Source of the DNA: an uncultured Rhodospirillaceae bacterium
Lineage (GTDB): Bacteria; Pseudomonadota; Alphaproteobacteria; Rhodospirillales; Casp-alpha2
NCBI GenBank assembly: GCA_964012715.1
Contig: CAXGUG010000003.1
Coordinates: 5,163 to 69,162 of the forward strand
Reading direction: 5' to 3'
DNA: 64,000 bases
The position numbers and the translations under genes were made by a program. Every line of letters begins with the position of its first letter. Position 1 is the first letter of the stretch. Below, piece by piece: positions 7,811 to 16,957 of the stretch. Below the pieces are notes generated by a model, which had not been told where the DNA came from, did no database searches, and saw nothing but the letters and a program-made list of their open reading frames with translations.

Positions 7811-9729
7811 TGCGCGCCCCACATGACTTCGTAGACCGGGACCGGTTTGTCGATCCCCTTCATGTCGTAGTTCCCGGCATCGCGGAACTGAATCGAATGC
7901 CCGGTCACCAGATCGCGCACCGACTGGGTGACGAAGATCTGGTCGGCTTCGGCCTTGTCGCAGACACGGGCCGAAAGCTGCACCGTGGTGCCGAAGAAAT
8001 CGTCTTCTTCCTCGACCGCGGCGCCCGCGTTCAATCCGATCCGAACCTTGACCGGCAGGCTGCCCTGCGTTCCGTTGTGCTTGGCCAGTTCCTGCTGCAT
8101 CACCATGGTCGATGCCACCGCGTTGGCGGCGTTGGAGAACACGGCCATGATGCCGTCGCCGGTGTGTTTGACCTCGCGCCCATGGTAGGCGGCCAGGGCA
8201 TTGCGGACGATGGCGTTGTGCGTGCGGACAACCTGTTGCGCGCCGACGTCGCCCAATTCCTGGGTCATCGCGGTCGATCCGACCAAGTCGGTGAACATCA
8301 CGATCACCACGCCTTGGGCCGATGCCTTGGCTGCCTTATTGGACGTAAAGCCCTCAAGTATCGACGGCAGGTCCGCGAACGCCCGTTCATCGCCATCGAT
8401 GAACCGCTGCATGGCGGACCGTCCGGCATCGATCATGGCGCGGCTTTTGCTGTCCTTTTCATAATCGGCAAACTTGTCGCAGAACGGCCCCGCCATGGCT
8501 TTCTTGGTGCCGATGGCGACGATCGCTTCCGTGATCATGCCGTTGCGTTTGGCGCCGTCCAGGCCGCTGTGTTTTGCCAGGGTGTCGCCGGCCCCGGCGA
8601 GATAAAGATTCAAACCGAACTTGCCCAGCTTGTCCAATTTCGACAATTGACCCCGGATTGCCGATAAGGCGTGTTCCAGGAACTTGAGCATCTGTTTGCG
8701 GGGCTCCGCCGGAACGCTGTCGGGCGGGTAGTCCATGCCCGACGCGGTCGAGGCGGGCTTGCCGGAATTGCTTTCGTCGGCCTCGCTTTCGGCGACCTCT
8801 TCCTCGAGGGCTCCCATCGGATCGCTGCCGATAGCGTCATCGCGCCAGTCGCCCAATCCGGAATCATAGGCGTCGTCGTCGTCATCGTCGTCGCCTTTCT
8901 TCTGAGAGTCCTGAAGGAACTGGGTCAGGACGTCCAGGTCGCCTTCTTTGAGGATGATTTTGGCGGTGATCAGCCCGGCCAGAATGAATGACAGCAGGTA
9001 GCCGGCCGGAATAATGCCGGCCATTAGGAATTGGGGGATTTCGACGCCCGATTTAGCCATGGCCTTCATGGCGATTTCCACCGGGAAGCGCGAAATAAAG
9101 GACACCGCGGCGGCAATGATGAAAACCGTCAACAGGCGCGTGACCACCGCCGCCATGGGGGTGGTCGGCTTTTCGGCATCGGCCTCGCGGGCGGCGGCTT
9201 CTTGCGCCGCCTTCTTGATCGATTGGGCCCCGCCGATTGCGCCTGCCGCTTCCAAATGGCGTTTGGCTAATTTCTTATACGCAGCGCTGGCGCCTTCCGT
9301 CCCGCCTTTGCGTTTCTTTTTCCTTTTTTTCCCGGGGGGGCCGTTTCCGGCGATTGCCGTCGTGCCGCCGTCGTCGCCGCCGGAGCCTTTTGAGCCCGCA
9401 GGGGCGCCGGCCGATGGCGCCGCGCCACCGCCGAGATCCGCATCTTCGCCGCCGCCACCGCCGCCGCCACCCCGGTTAGGCACCTTGCCGCCGCGGGGAA
9501 TGCCGGTCATCCAGGCAATCGTTTCTTGAGGGGCGCGACCATCGGGATAGGTGCGCACGTTCATCAAGCGCACGGCCTGCCATTTGGCCTGATCGTCGGC
9601 TTCGTGGGCCGCACTGATGGCCTCGAACTCGTCGATTTCCGGCCATTCACCCTGGTTTACCCAGGCTCCGTTAGGCTCCCGGCAATACAGGACGAAGGTT
9701 GTTTTATATACGACCCGAGCTGCGGCCAA
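7792..9729 (-). CDS. membrane-anchored class III adenylate/guanylate cyclase with an atypical N-terminal region
   Basis: The C-terminal approximately 190 aa carry the cyclase motifs VMFTDLVGST, VKHTGDGIMAVF, RIGLNAG and FGTTVQLSARV. Upstream of these are 2-3 hydrophobic helices, a Gly8 run, KKRKKKRK and an Asp7 run. A TTG start is preceded by AGGAGCGAGG. Confidence 0.85.
   Translation of the reverse strand: MAAARVVYKTTFVLYCREPNGAWVNQGEWPEIDEFEAISAAHEADDQAKWQAVRLMNVRTYPDGRAPQETIAWMTGIPRGGKVPNRGGGGGGGGEDADLGGGAAPSAGAPAGSKGSGGDDGGTTAIAGNGPPGKKRKKKRKGGTEGASAAYKKLAKRHLEAAGAIGGAQSIKKAAQEAAAREADAEKPTTPMAAVVTRLLTVFIIAAAVSFISRFPVEIAMKAMAKSGVEIPQFLMAGIIPAGYLLSFILAGLITAKIILKEGDLDVLTQFLQDSQKKGDDDDDDDAYDSGLGDWRDDAIGSDPMGALEEEVAESEADESNSGKPASTASGMDYPPDSVPAEPRKQMLKFLEHALSAIRGQLSKLDKLGKFGLNLYLAGAGDTLAKHSGLDGAKRNGMITEAIVAIGTKKAMAGPFCDKFADYEKDSKSRAMIDAGRSAMQRFIDGDERAFADLPSILEGFTSNKAAKASAQGVVIVMFTDLVGSTAMTQELGDVGAQQVVRTHNAIVRNALAAYHGREVKHTGDGIMAVFSNAANAVASTMVMQQELAKHNGTQGSLPVKVRIGLNAGAAVEEEDDFFGTTVQLSARVCDKAEADQIFVTQSVRDLVTGHSIQFRDAGNYDMKGIDKPVPVYEVMWGAQMKAAG
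8872..8892 (-). repeat. GAC/GAT codon run encoding Asp7 inside the cyclase gene
   Basis: The plus strand reads gtcgtcgtcgtcatcgtcgtc. It is in frame and therefore a coding low-complexity run. Confidence 0.9.
9448..9471 (-). repeat. GGY codon run encoding Gly8 inside the cyclase gene
   Basis: The plus strand reads gccgccgccaccgccgccgccacc. It is in frame. Confidence 0.9.
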
Positions 9730-9891
9730 GGACCTCGCTCCTACCCCATCTGTCGTTTTTCATTTCGCCTGATACGGCAAAATAGTTGATAAAAAAGCAA
9801 TTCTCGACAAACCAATTAACGAGTATGGCACTAGTTACATGCAAATTGTACTCAATATCAGGTTTGAGCCAACCATTTCTCGGATTTTGGT

Positions 9892-9911
9892 CCGTTTATA
9901 AGAATAAACGG
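9892..9911 (+). promoter_or_regulatory. perfect 8-bp inverted repeat CCGTTTAT-AAGA-ATAAACGG immediately upstream of the S8 peptidase RBS
   Basis: Read directly from the sequence. It sits in an AT-rich divergent intergenic region, 2 nt before GGAG (9914-9917) and 13 nt before the ATG at 9925. Confidence 0.4.
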
Positions 9912-9924
9912 ATGGAGCCGCCCA

Positions 9925-11253
9925 ATGGATGTGAAGACCCTTATATTCAGAGCCGCCACAATCGTCACCCTGACCAGTGGTATAGGGAGCGGCGTTTTAG
10001 TATGGGGCGTACCGCAATCCCGGGCGGCTGACGGCCCCGATGTTCTGGGCACGATGAAAGCCTTATGCGCTCTTAAGCCGACGGATACCGATGGGCTGCG
10101 CCAAGCGCTTCCGGATGGCCGGATGCTGGAGGCGCGAATGGATGGTCCCAAGGGAAATCCAATGCGCAGCCTTCATCGTGTCTTGATGCCCAACGACGGC
10201 GAATGGGTGATCAGCCGCATTTTCCCCATGGGTCGCGTGCTCCGATTCAGTCTGGAATGGCACGAGCCTGTGGCGGGGGGCACGGCACGCCCGCAGATTG
10301 CCTTGATCGCCGGAAGGGATTGCGTTCCGACCGAAGGGCGACGCCTGTCCTATGGGGTGGATGGCCGTCCGATCAGGCTGGAGGTTCTGTCCTCCGACTT
10401 GAAATCGGTGGTGATGAGTGAAGTCATCGATCCGCCTGTGCCGGATTTGGCTGTGCCGCCTGCTGACGCGGTCCGGGTCGCCCTGATCGATACGGGCGTC
10501 AATTATACTCTTCCCCTGTATCGGGGGCGATTGGGGGTGTCGAAAGACGGGGCCTTGGCCGGATATGATTTCTGGGACATGGATGCGCGACCGTTCGATA
10601 TCGATACGACGCGCTCGCCCTTTTTCCCGCTTCATCACGGCACGGCGGTCTCGTCGATCATCCTGCGCGAAGCGCCCAAGGCCGTCGTGCTGCCCTATCG
10701 TTATCCCCGCAACGCAATGGCGCGGTTCGCGGACCTTGTCGCCCGCGCTGATGCCGACGGGGCGCTGGTCGTCAACATGGCCATGGGCTCGAACCGGCGC
10801 TCCGACTGGGCGGCGTTCGCGCAGGCGGCCAAGGACCGCCCCCATATGTTGTTCATCGTTTCCGCCGGAAACGACGGCCGCGACCTGGATCAGGTGCCTG
10901 TCTATCCGGCGGCGCTGGACCTGGAGAATATCCTGGTCGTTACGTCGTCCGATGCCGAGGGGCGGCTGGCCCGCGGCTCCAACTGGGGCGCGGTTGTCGT
11001 CGATGTCATGGCGCCAGGGGAACAGGTCGCGGTGATCGATCACCGGGGGGCCGCCGGGAAGGCGTCGGGGTCGAGCTTCGCCGTGCCCCGGGTCGCGGCC
11101 CTGGCGGCGCGGTTGCTGGCCAAGCATCCGGAATGGCGCGGGCCGGAATTGAAAGCGGCGATCGTCAAGCGCGCCCGCAAACCCTTCGGCCGCGACGTCT
11201 TGCCGTTACGCCACGGATGGATTCCCGATCCGACCGACGATTTCGAAGGCTGA
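9925..11253 (+). CDS. secreted S8 (subtilisin-like) serine peptidase with an uncharacterised approximately 170-aa N-terminal region
   Basis: The Asp/His/Ser triad contexts are VALIDTGVN, HHGTAVSSII and GSSFAVPRVAALAARLL. The N-terminus is hydrophobic and signal-like. Confidence 0.85.
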   Translation: MDVKTLIFRAATIVTLTSGIGSGVLVWGVPQSRAADGPDVLGTMKALCALKPTDTDGLRQALPDGRMLEARMDGPKGNPMRSLHRVLMPNDGEWVISRIFPMGRVLRFSLEWHEPVAGGTARPQIALIAGRDCVPTEGRRLSYGVDGRPIRLEVLSSDLKSVVMSEVIDPPVPDLAVPPADAVRVALIDTGVNYTLPLYRGRLGVSKDGALAGYDFWDMDARPFDIDTTRSPFFPLHHGTAVSSIILREAPKAVVLPYRYPRNAMARFADLVARADADGALVVNMAMGSNRRSDWAAFAQAAKDRPHMLFIVSAGNDGRDLDQVPVYPAALDLENILVVTSSDAEGRLARGSNWGAVVVDVMAPGEQVAVIDHRGAAGKASGSSFAVPRVAALAARLLAKHPEWRGPELKAAIVKRARKPFGRDVLPLRHGWIPDPTDDFEG

Positions 11254-11255
11254 GG

Positions 11256-12404
11256 TTACTTCGGCGCGCCGCCGCGACGCGGGGGCGGGGGTTGACGCAT
11301 GAACCGTTCGGCCACGGGCTTCAATTGCGGGTGGTGCTCAAGCAGCAAGGCATAGGCCTTTTGCGCCATCACGTCATTGCCGCTCCACCGACCGGCCTGA
11401 ATGGCGAGGCGCAGCACCTGCGGATCGCTGGGCAGGGCCGCCATCAATTTTTCCAGATGCGGGATTTCGTCTTCGTAACGCTGTGCCACGTGTAGCGTCA
11501 CGGCAAGGGACAGGCGGGTGTTCAGGGCGTTGGGGTCCTGGTCGATGGATCGGTTGAACAAATCCAGGGCGGGTTCCAGGAACTGTTGCCGCCCCAGGAC
11601 CTGTCCCGCGTCGTCGAATAATTGTCGGTTCCCCGTGGCCAAACATTGCTTGTAGAGGAAATCCACGTTCGATGGCGCCATCCTCTGGCTGGTGGCGTGG
11701 GTCGCGTCCAAGGCTTCGGCGCATTTGCGATACGTCAGCCCGATACGCCCGCTTTCCAACGCCTGCTCCGGTCCGGACTGGGTTTTCAGCTTGGCGATCT
11801 CGGACACGGGGATGGCTTCGTTCCGGCCTTCGCCGCCGGACGCGATGATCGCCACCAATTCGCCTGCGCGGTCGAACAGGCCCCCGCCCGAATTTCCGGG
11901 TTGGCTGCGCGCCGAATGATGAACGCGGGCCAGCGGCTTGTCCTCCGGTGGTATGGCCACGACCCGGCCGGGAAGATAGGCGCGGATCGCGCCCCGCCCG
12001 ACGTCGGCGCCAACCGTATAAACCTGTTGATCGACCGCCGCCGTTCCCAGGATCAGTTGGTGGGGCACGACCAAGCCGTCGACCCGAAGCAGGATCAGGT
12101 CGCCCGGGTACGAGGTCGGCACGACCTCGGCGATGCGTTGGCTGCCGTCGTCCATGAACAGTTGGGCGCGGGGGTTGTCGGCGACGACATGTCGGTTCGT
12201 GACCAGCAGGCCCGGTTCGATCAGCACGGCGCTGCCGACAGGGTCGAACGACGAGATGGCGAACACTCGGGCGGAAGATTGGCAAACCGCCGTCGGCGCC
12301 TTGCAGCCGGGCGCGGGGTGTTGCGCCTTGGCCGGTGCGCCAAGTAGTGCCGCCAAAATCAGAAGAATCAGCGGAAGGCGGATCATCTGAAAGCCCTGAA
12401 ACAT
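11256..12404 (-). CDS. secreted trypsin-like (S1/S1C) serine protease fused to TPR-like repeats
   Basis: A signal peptide (LILLILAALLGAPAKAQ) is followed by LVTNRHVV (His), DLILLRV (Asp) and GNSGGGLFD (Ser). The helical C-terminal half is TPR-like. An alternative start lies at 12386. Confidence 0.8.
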   Translation of the reverse strand: MFQGFQMIRLPLILLILAALLGAPAKAQHPAPGCKAPTAVCQSSARVFAISSFDPVGSAVLIEPGLLVTNRHVVADNPRAQLFMDDGSQRIAEVVPTSYPGDLILLRVDGLVVPHQLILGTAAVDQQVYTVGADVGRGAIRAYLPGRVVAIPPEDKPLARVHHSARSQPGNSGGGLFDRAGELVAIIASGGEGRNEAIPVSEIAKLKTQSGPEQALESGRIGLTYRKCAEALDATHATSQRMAPSNVDFLYKQCLATGNRQLFDDAGQVLGRQQFLEPALDLFNRSIDQDPNALNTRLSLAVTLHVAQRYEDEIPHLEKLMAALPSDPQVLRLAIQAGRWSGNDVMAQKAYALLLEHHPQLKPVAERFMRQPPPPRRGGAPK

Positions 12405-12604
12405 GACGATGCGATGCCGGATTCCGCCCGTCCTGTCAATCGTCCGAGGGTCATAGCCTTCAAAACATAATGCGAAATAACAAAAATCGGGACGTAATTT
12501 TCTTAATTAGTGTTGAAATGATGATTTTGTGGCGTATGATCTGCGCCAGCGGCGGTGAAAGCCCGCATTTGGGTTGGATGGCGAATGCCCGAAAGGAATT
12601 TTTG

Positions 12605-13423
12605 ATGTCTGACAACGGCACCGGGAGCGCTTTGGGAAAGGCGTTGGCTGTTCTAGAGGTCCTATTGGATGAGCCGACGGCGTTGTCCCTGGGCGATATC
12701 GCCGCGCGCACCGATCTGCCACGCCAGACCGTCCATCGCATGGTCAAGCAGCTTGAGGAAAATGCCCTGCTGCGCCGCGACCCGGGGGGCGACAGCTATT
12801 CGGTCGGGCCGCGCATGGTCGATTTGGGGATGCAGGCCTTGACCGCCAGCACCCGCGCGGCGCCGGTTCGCCGTGTGCTGCAAAACCTGGTTACCCGCCT
12901 GGGCGAGACCTGTAACCTCGGCGTTCTGGCCCGCGACGAGGTCGTATACATCGAACGCGTCGAATGCGATTGGCCGCTGCGGATTCAATATCGGGTTGGC
13001 TCGCGCGTGCCGCTGCATGCGACCGGCATCGGTAAGCTATTGCTGGCGCATCTACCGGCGCGGGAACGCCGGCGGTTGCTGCGTGTGTTGCCGCTGACGA
13101 AGTTGACCGAGCGGACAATCACCGACCCCGATGGGCTGGAGGACGAGCTGTCCGCCATTCGCAAGCGTGGATATGCCGCCAACGACCAGGAAAACACCCA
13201 GGGCCTGATTGGCCTTGCCGTGCCGATCCGGAATCCGAAAGGACGCGTGATCGCCGGTTTGGCGGTGCATGCCCCGGAGGCTCGGTTCCCGATGACGCGC
13301 GCGTTGTCGCATGTCGCCGATCTGAGCGCCGCGGCGGCGGAGTTGGAAGAATTTTTTGCGGAAGACCTGGAGGGGCTGCAGAGCGCCGCCTCGGAAACAG
13401 CCGGGCTATCCGCGCAGACCTGA
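12605..13423 (+). CDS. IclR family transcriptional regulator
   Basis: LGKALAVLEVLLDEPTALSLGDIAARTDLPRQTVHRMVKQLEE is the wHTH region, and the C-terminal part is an IclR effector domain (ATGIGKLLLA, GLIGLAVPI). The ATG at 12605 is preferred over the longer ORF from 12470. Confidence 0.85.
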   Translation: MSDNGTGSALGKALAVLEVLLDEPTALSLGDIAARTDLPRQTVHRMVKQLEENALLRRDPGGDSYSVGPRMVDLGMQALTASTRAAPVRRVLQNLVTRLGETCNLGVLARDEVVYIERVECDWPLRIQYRVGSRVPLHATGIGKLLLAHLPARERRRLLRVLPLTKLTERTITDPDGLEDELSAIRKRGYAANDQENTQGLIGLAVPIRNPKGRVIAGLAVHAPEARFPMTRALSHVADLSAAAAELEEFFAEDLEGLQSAASETAGLSAQT

Positions 13424-13439
13424 TTGGGAGGAATTGGAA

Positions 13440-14333
13440 ATGACGTCTCTTGATAGCCATGTCGTCGACGGCGGCCCCGCCGGCGGTTTGCGCCTGCGGC
13501 CGGTATCCGCCGCCATCGGCGCGGAGGTGTTGGGTGTCGATCTGTCGCACGTCGATGACGTGTTGTTCGATCAAATTCACGCCGCCTGGATGGACAACTG
13601 CGTGCTGCTGTTCCGCGGCCAGAACAACATGTCGGACGAAGCCCTGGTCAACTTCTCCCGACGCGTCGGTGAATTGGATCAGGCCCCGCCGAACGAAAAC
13701 GGCAAGCGCTTCGTCGAAGGCTTTCCGGAGATCCTGGTGATTTCCAACGTCGTCGAAAACGGTGTCGCCCTGGGCTCTCTGGGGGCTGGCGAGTCCGTTT
13801 GGCATTCGGACATGAATTACATCGACGAGCCGCCGACGGCGAGCATGCTGTGGGGAATGGAAGTGCCCGCCACGGGCGGCAACACGGGCTTTTTGAACAT
13901 GTACAAAGCCCTGGACGACCTGCCCGAAGATTTGCGTGCGCGGATCGAGGGCAAGTTCATCAAACACGACAGTTCCACCAATTCGGCGGGCTATCTGCGC
14001 GAAGGGGCCGAGGAAGTGAGCGACGTCTCGACCTGCCCGGGCGCGGTTCACCCGATTATCCGCACCCATCCGGCGACCGGGCGTAAGGCGCTGTACCTGG
14101 GCCGTCGCCGCAATGCCTATGTGATGGGTCTGCCGGTCGCGGAGTCCGAGGAATTGTTGGACGCCCTTTGGGCCCATACCTCGCAGGAAAAATACTACTG
14201 GCACCATCAGTGGCAGGTCGGCGACGTGTTGATGTGGGACAATCGATGCTGCATGCATCGCCGCGACCCGTTCGACCCCGAATCCCGCCGCGTCATGCAT
14301 CGCACCCAGATCAAAGGCAGCAAGCCCGTTTGA
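13440..14333 (+). CDS. TauD/TfdA family Fe(II)/2-oxoglutarate dioxygenase
   Basis: A GGGAGG RBS precedes the start. WHSDMNYIDEPPTASMLWGMEVPATGGNTGF carries the HxD iron ligands, and a distal His lies in VHPIIRTHP. The C-terminal RVMHRTQIKG also fits the family. Confidence 0.85.
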   Translation: MTSLDSHVVDGGPAGGLRLRPVSAAIGAEVLGVDLSHVDDVLFDQIHAAWMDNCVLLFRGQNNMSDEALVNFSRRVGELDQAPPNENGKRFVEGFPEILVISNVVENGVALGSLGAGESVWHSDMNYIDEPPTASMLWGMEVPATGGNTGFLNMYKALDDLPEDLRARIEGKFIKHDSSTNSAGYLREGAEEVSDVSTCPGAVHPIIRTHPATGRKALYLGRRRNAYVMGLPVAESEELLDALWAHTSQEKYYWHHQWQVGDVLMWDNRCCMHRRDPFDPESRRVMHRTQIKGSKPV

Positions 14334-14378
14334 TCGGCGCACTCATTCAACCCATTCCATCCTTGGGAGTATTACAAC

Positions 14379-15809
14379 ATGTCAATGCCGCAACCGGTGG
14401 CCAACGCCACTGACGCCAAAGAAGTCGTTGCCGGGCTGGTCGAACGCGCCCGCGCCGCGATGGCCGAATTCGCCGAAGCCGATCAGGCGCGCGTCGATGA
14501 AGCCGTGACCGCGCTGGCCTGGTCGATCTACGAGCCCGCCCGGGCCGAGGAGCTGGCCAAGCTTGCCGTGGAAGACACGGGCCTGGGCAATGTGCCGTCG
14601 AAGATCATCAAGAACACGCGCAAGACCTTCGGCTGCCTGCGCGACCTGATGCGGGTCAAAACCGTCGGCGTGATCGAAGAAGACAAGGCCAAGGGCTTGG
14701 TCAAATACGCCAAGCCGGTCGGCGTGGTCGGCGCGGTGAGCCCGTCCACCAACCCGGCGGCGACCCCGGTCAACAAAGCGATGTTCGCGATCAAGGGCCG
14801 CAACGCGGTGATCGTGGCCCCGTCCCCGGCGGGTCAGAAGACGACGGAAAAGACCGTCGACTACATGCGCGCCGAGTTGAAGAAAATCGGCTTGCCCGAA
14901 GATCTGGTGCAGGTTCTGCCCGCCCCGGTGAACAAGGAGCTGACCCAGCGCCTGATGGAAGCGGTCGATCTGGTGATTATCACCGGCTCGCAGAACAACG
15001 TGCGTCGGGGCTATTCCTCGGGCACGCCCTGCATCGGCGTCGGTGCGGGTAACGTGCCGGTCATCATCGACGAGACGGCGGACTTCATGGACGCGGCGGA
15101 GAAAATCCGCATGTCCAAGATTTTCGACAACTCGACCTCGTGCTCGTCGGAAAACTCGGTGACGATCCTGGGCTCGGTCTACGACCAGGCGATGGACGCG
15201 CTGAAGAAAGTCGGCGGCTATCTGTGCACGCCGGAAGAAAAGGAAAAGGTCTTCCAGGCCCTGTGGCAGGACGGCAAGCTGAACCGCCGCCTGATCGCCA
15301 AGGACGCGGCGGTCTTCGCCCGCGAGGTCGGCCTGTCGGATGAAGCGCAAACCGCCGACTTCTTCATGGTCGAAGAGCCGCTGGGCGCGGTCGGCAAAGA
15401 GCATCCGTTCTCGGACGAAAAATTGTCGCTGGTCCTGACCGTCTACAAGGCCCCTGATTTCCAGGCCGCCAAGAAGCAGGTGCACGACATCCTCAGCTTC
15501 GTCGGCATGGGGCATTCGGTCGGCATCCACACCAAGGATCAGGCCCATGCCACGGAATTGGCCGAGGATCTGGACGTCGTGCGCGTGTTGGTCAATCAGG
15601 CCCATACCTTCGGCAACGGCGGCAGCTTCACCAACGGCTTGAACTTCACCCTGTCCATGGGCTGCGGCACCTGGGCCGGGAACTCCATCTCGGAGAACCT
15701 GAACTACAAGCACTTCATCAATATCACCCATCTGGTTCGGGAAATTCCCGAAGACAAGCCGTCGGAAGATGATCTCTTCGGCGCCTACTGGACGAAGTAC
15801 GGCAAATGA
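14379..15809 (+). CDS. CoA-acylating aldehyde dehydrogenase (EutE/SucD/SauS-like)
   Basis: 476 aa. SPSTNPAATPVNKA, ITGSQNNVRRGYSSGTPCIGVGAGNVP and the catalytic-Cys region FDNSTSCSSENS are typical of acylating ALDHs. The stop overlaps the next start (ATGA). Confidence 0.8.
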   Translation: MSMPQPVANATDAKEVVAGLVERARAAMAEFAEADQARVDEAVTALAWSIYEPARAEELAKLAVEDTGLGNVPSKIIKNTRKTFGCLRDLMRVKTVGVIEEDKAKGLVKYAKPVGVVGAVSPSTNPAATPVNKAMFAIKGRNAVIVAPSPAGQKTTEKTVDYMRAELKKIGLPEDLVQVLPAPVNKELTQRLMEAVDLVIITGSQNNVRRGYSSGTPCIGVGAGNVPVIIDETADFMDAAEKIRMSKIFDNSTSCSSENSVTILGSVYDQAMDALKKVGGYLCTPEEKEKVFQALWQDGKLNRRLIAKDAAVFAREVGLSDEAQTADFFMVEEPLGAVGKEHPFSDEKLSLVLTVYKAPDFQAAKKQVHDILSFVGMGHSVGIHTKDQAHATELAEDLDVVRVLVNQAHTFGNGGSFTNGLNFTLSMGCGTWAGNSISENLNYKHFINITHLVREIPEDKPSEDDLFGAYWTKYGK

Positions 15810-16957
15810 ATTTCGAGGAACATGCAGGTAAGCCGCTCCTGAAAGCGGCGGGAATCCCCGTGCCCGAAGGGGCCACGGTCACCACGGCGGACGCAGCAGC
15901 GGACGTCGCCCAAAAGCTGATCGGCGCGCATGGCGGCAAGGTCGTCGTCAAGGCGCAGGTCCCGACGGGCAAGCGCGGCAAGGCGGGCGGCATCAAGCTG
16001 GCCGGCTCCGCCGATGAAGCCAAGGGCGTCGCCGCGGCGATCCTGGGCATGACCATCGGCGAACACACGGTCGAAAAGGTGCTGGTCGAACAGGCCACGC
16101 CGTTCACCCGTGAATTCTATGCCGCCGTGATCAACGACCCGGAAACCAAGGGGCCGAAGATTCTGTTCTCGACCCTAGGCGGCATGGACGTGGAAGAAGC
16201 GGCCGAGCAGGATCCCAACGCCATGCGCGGTCTCGCGGTCGATATCCGCAAAGGCCCCGACGCCGCCGCCGTGCGGGCGATGCTCGACAACGCCGGGCTG
16301 GACGGCCTGGAGGACGCTATCGCCGACGTGCTGATGAAGCTCTACACGGCCTACAGCACCAACGATGCGGAGCTTATGGAAATCAACCCGCTGGCGGTGT
16401 TGGAAGCGGGCGGTATCTGCGCCCTGGACTGCAAGTTCACCATGGATGACAGCGCCGTGCCCCGGCACGAAGAGCTGGCCAAGACCGGCACGCCGGACAA
16501 GCTGACCGGCCTGGAAGCCAAGGGCAAGGAACTGGACCTCAAGTACATCGAGCTTGAAGGCGACGTCGGCGTCCTGGCCAACGGGGCGGGCCTGACCATG
16601 ACGACCATGGACGTGGTTCGTCATCACGGCGGGACCCCGGCAAACTTCCTGGAAATCGGGGGCGAGGCCTATACCAAGGGCACGGACGCCCTGCGCCTGG
16701 TCCTGGACAATCCCAAGGTCAAATCCCTGGTCATCAACTTCTGCGGGGCCTTCGCCCGCACCGACGTCATGACCCAGGGCATCCTCAATGCCTGGGACGA
16801 ACTGAAGCCGACCCTGCCGACGTTTTGGTCCGTGCACGGCACGGGCGACGTCGAAGCCGTGGCCATGTTGAAAGAACGGTTGGGGGTTGATCCCCTGCCG
16901 GATATGAGCGCGGCCTGCAAGGCTGCGGTCGAAGCTGCGAAAGGGGGTGCGAAATGA
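15806..16957 (+). CDS. succinate/malate-CoA ligase beta-subunit-like (ADP-forming, ATP-grasp)
   Basis: MNFEEHAGKPLLKAAGIPVPEG, VVVKAQVPTGKRGKAGGIKL, EINPL and the GNVGVLANGAGLTMTTMD-like block (DVGVLANGAGLTMTTMD) fit the family. Confidence 0.85.
   Translation: MNFEEHAGKPLLKAAGIPVPEGATVTTADAAADVAQKLIGAHGGKVVVKAQVPTGKRGKAGGIKLAGSADEAKGVAAAILGMTIGEHTVEKVLVEQATPFTREFYAAVINDPETKGPKILFSTLGGMDVEEAAEQDPNAMRGLAVDIRKGPDAAAVRAMLDNAGLDGLEDAIADVLMKLYTAYSTNDAELMEINPLAVLEAGGICALDCKFTMDDSAVPRHEELAKTGTPDKLTGLEAKGKELDLKYIELEGDVGVLANGAGLTMTTMDVVRHHGGTPANFLEIGGEAYTKGTDALRLVLDNPKVKSLVINFCGAFARTDVMTQGILNAWDELKPTLPTFWSVHGTGDVEAVAMLKERLGVDPLPDMSAACKAAVEAAKGGAK

Noticed and set aside
7792-9729. The cyclase as part of a Pycsar/CBASS-like anti-phage system.
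   Set aside because: There is no adjacent cyclic-nucleotide-binding, TIR, patatin or other effector gene. The neighbours are exported proteases with signal peptides, and the architecture looks like a membrane signalling cyclase.
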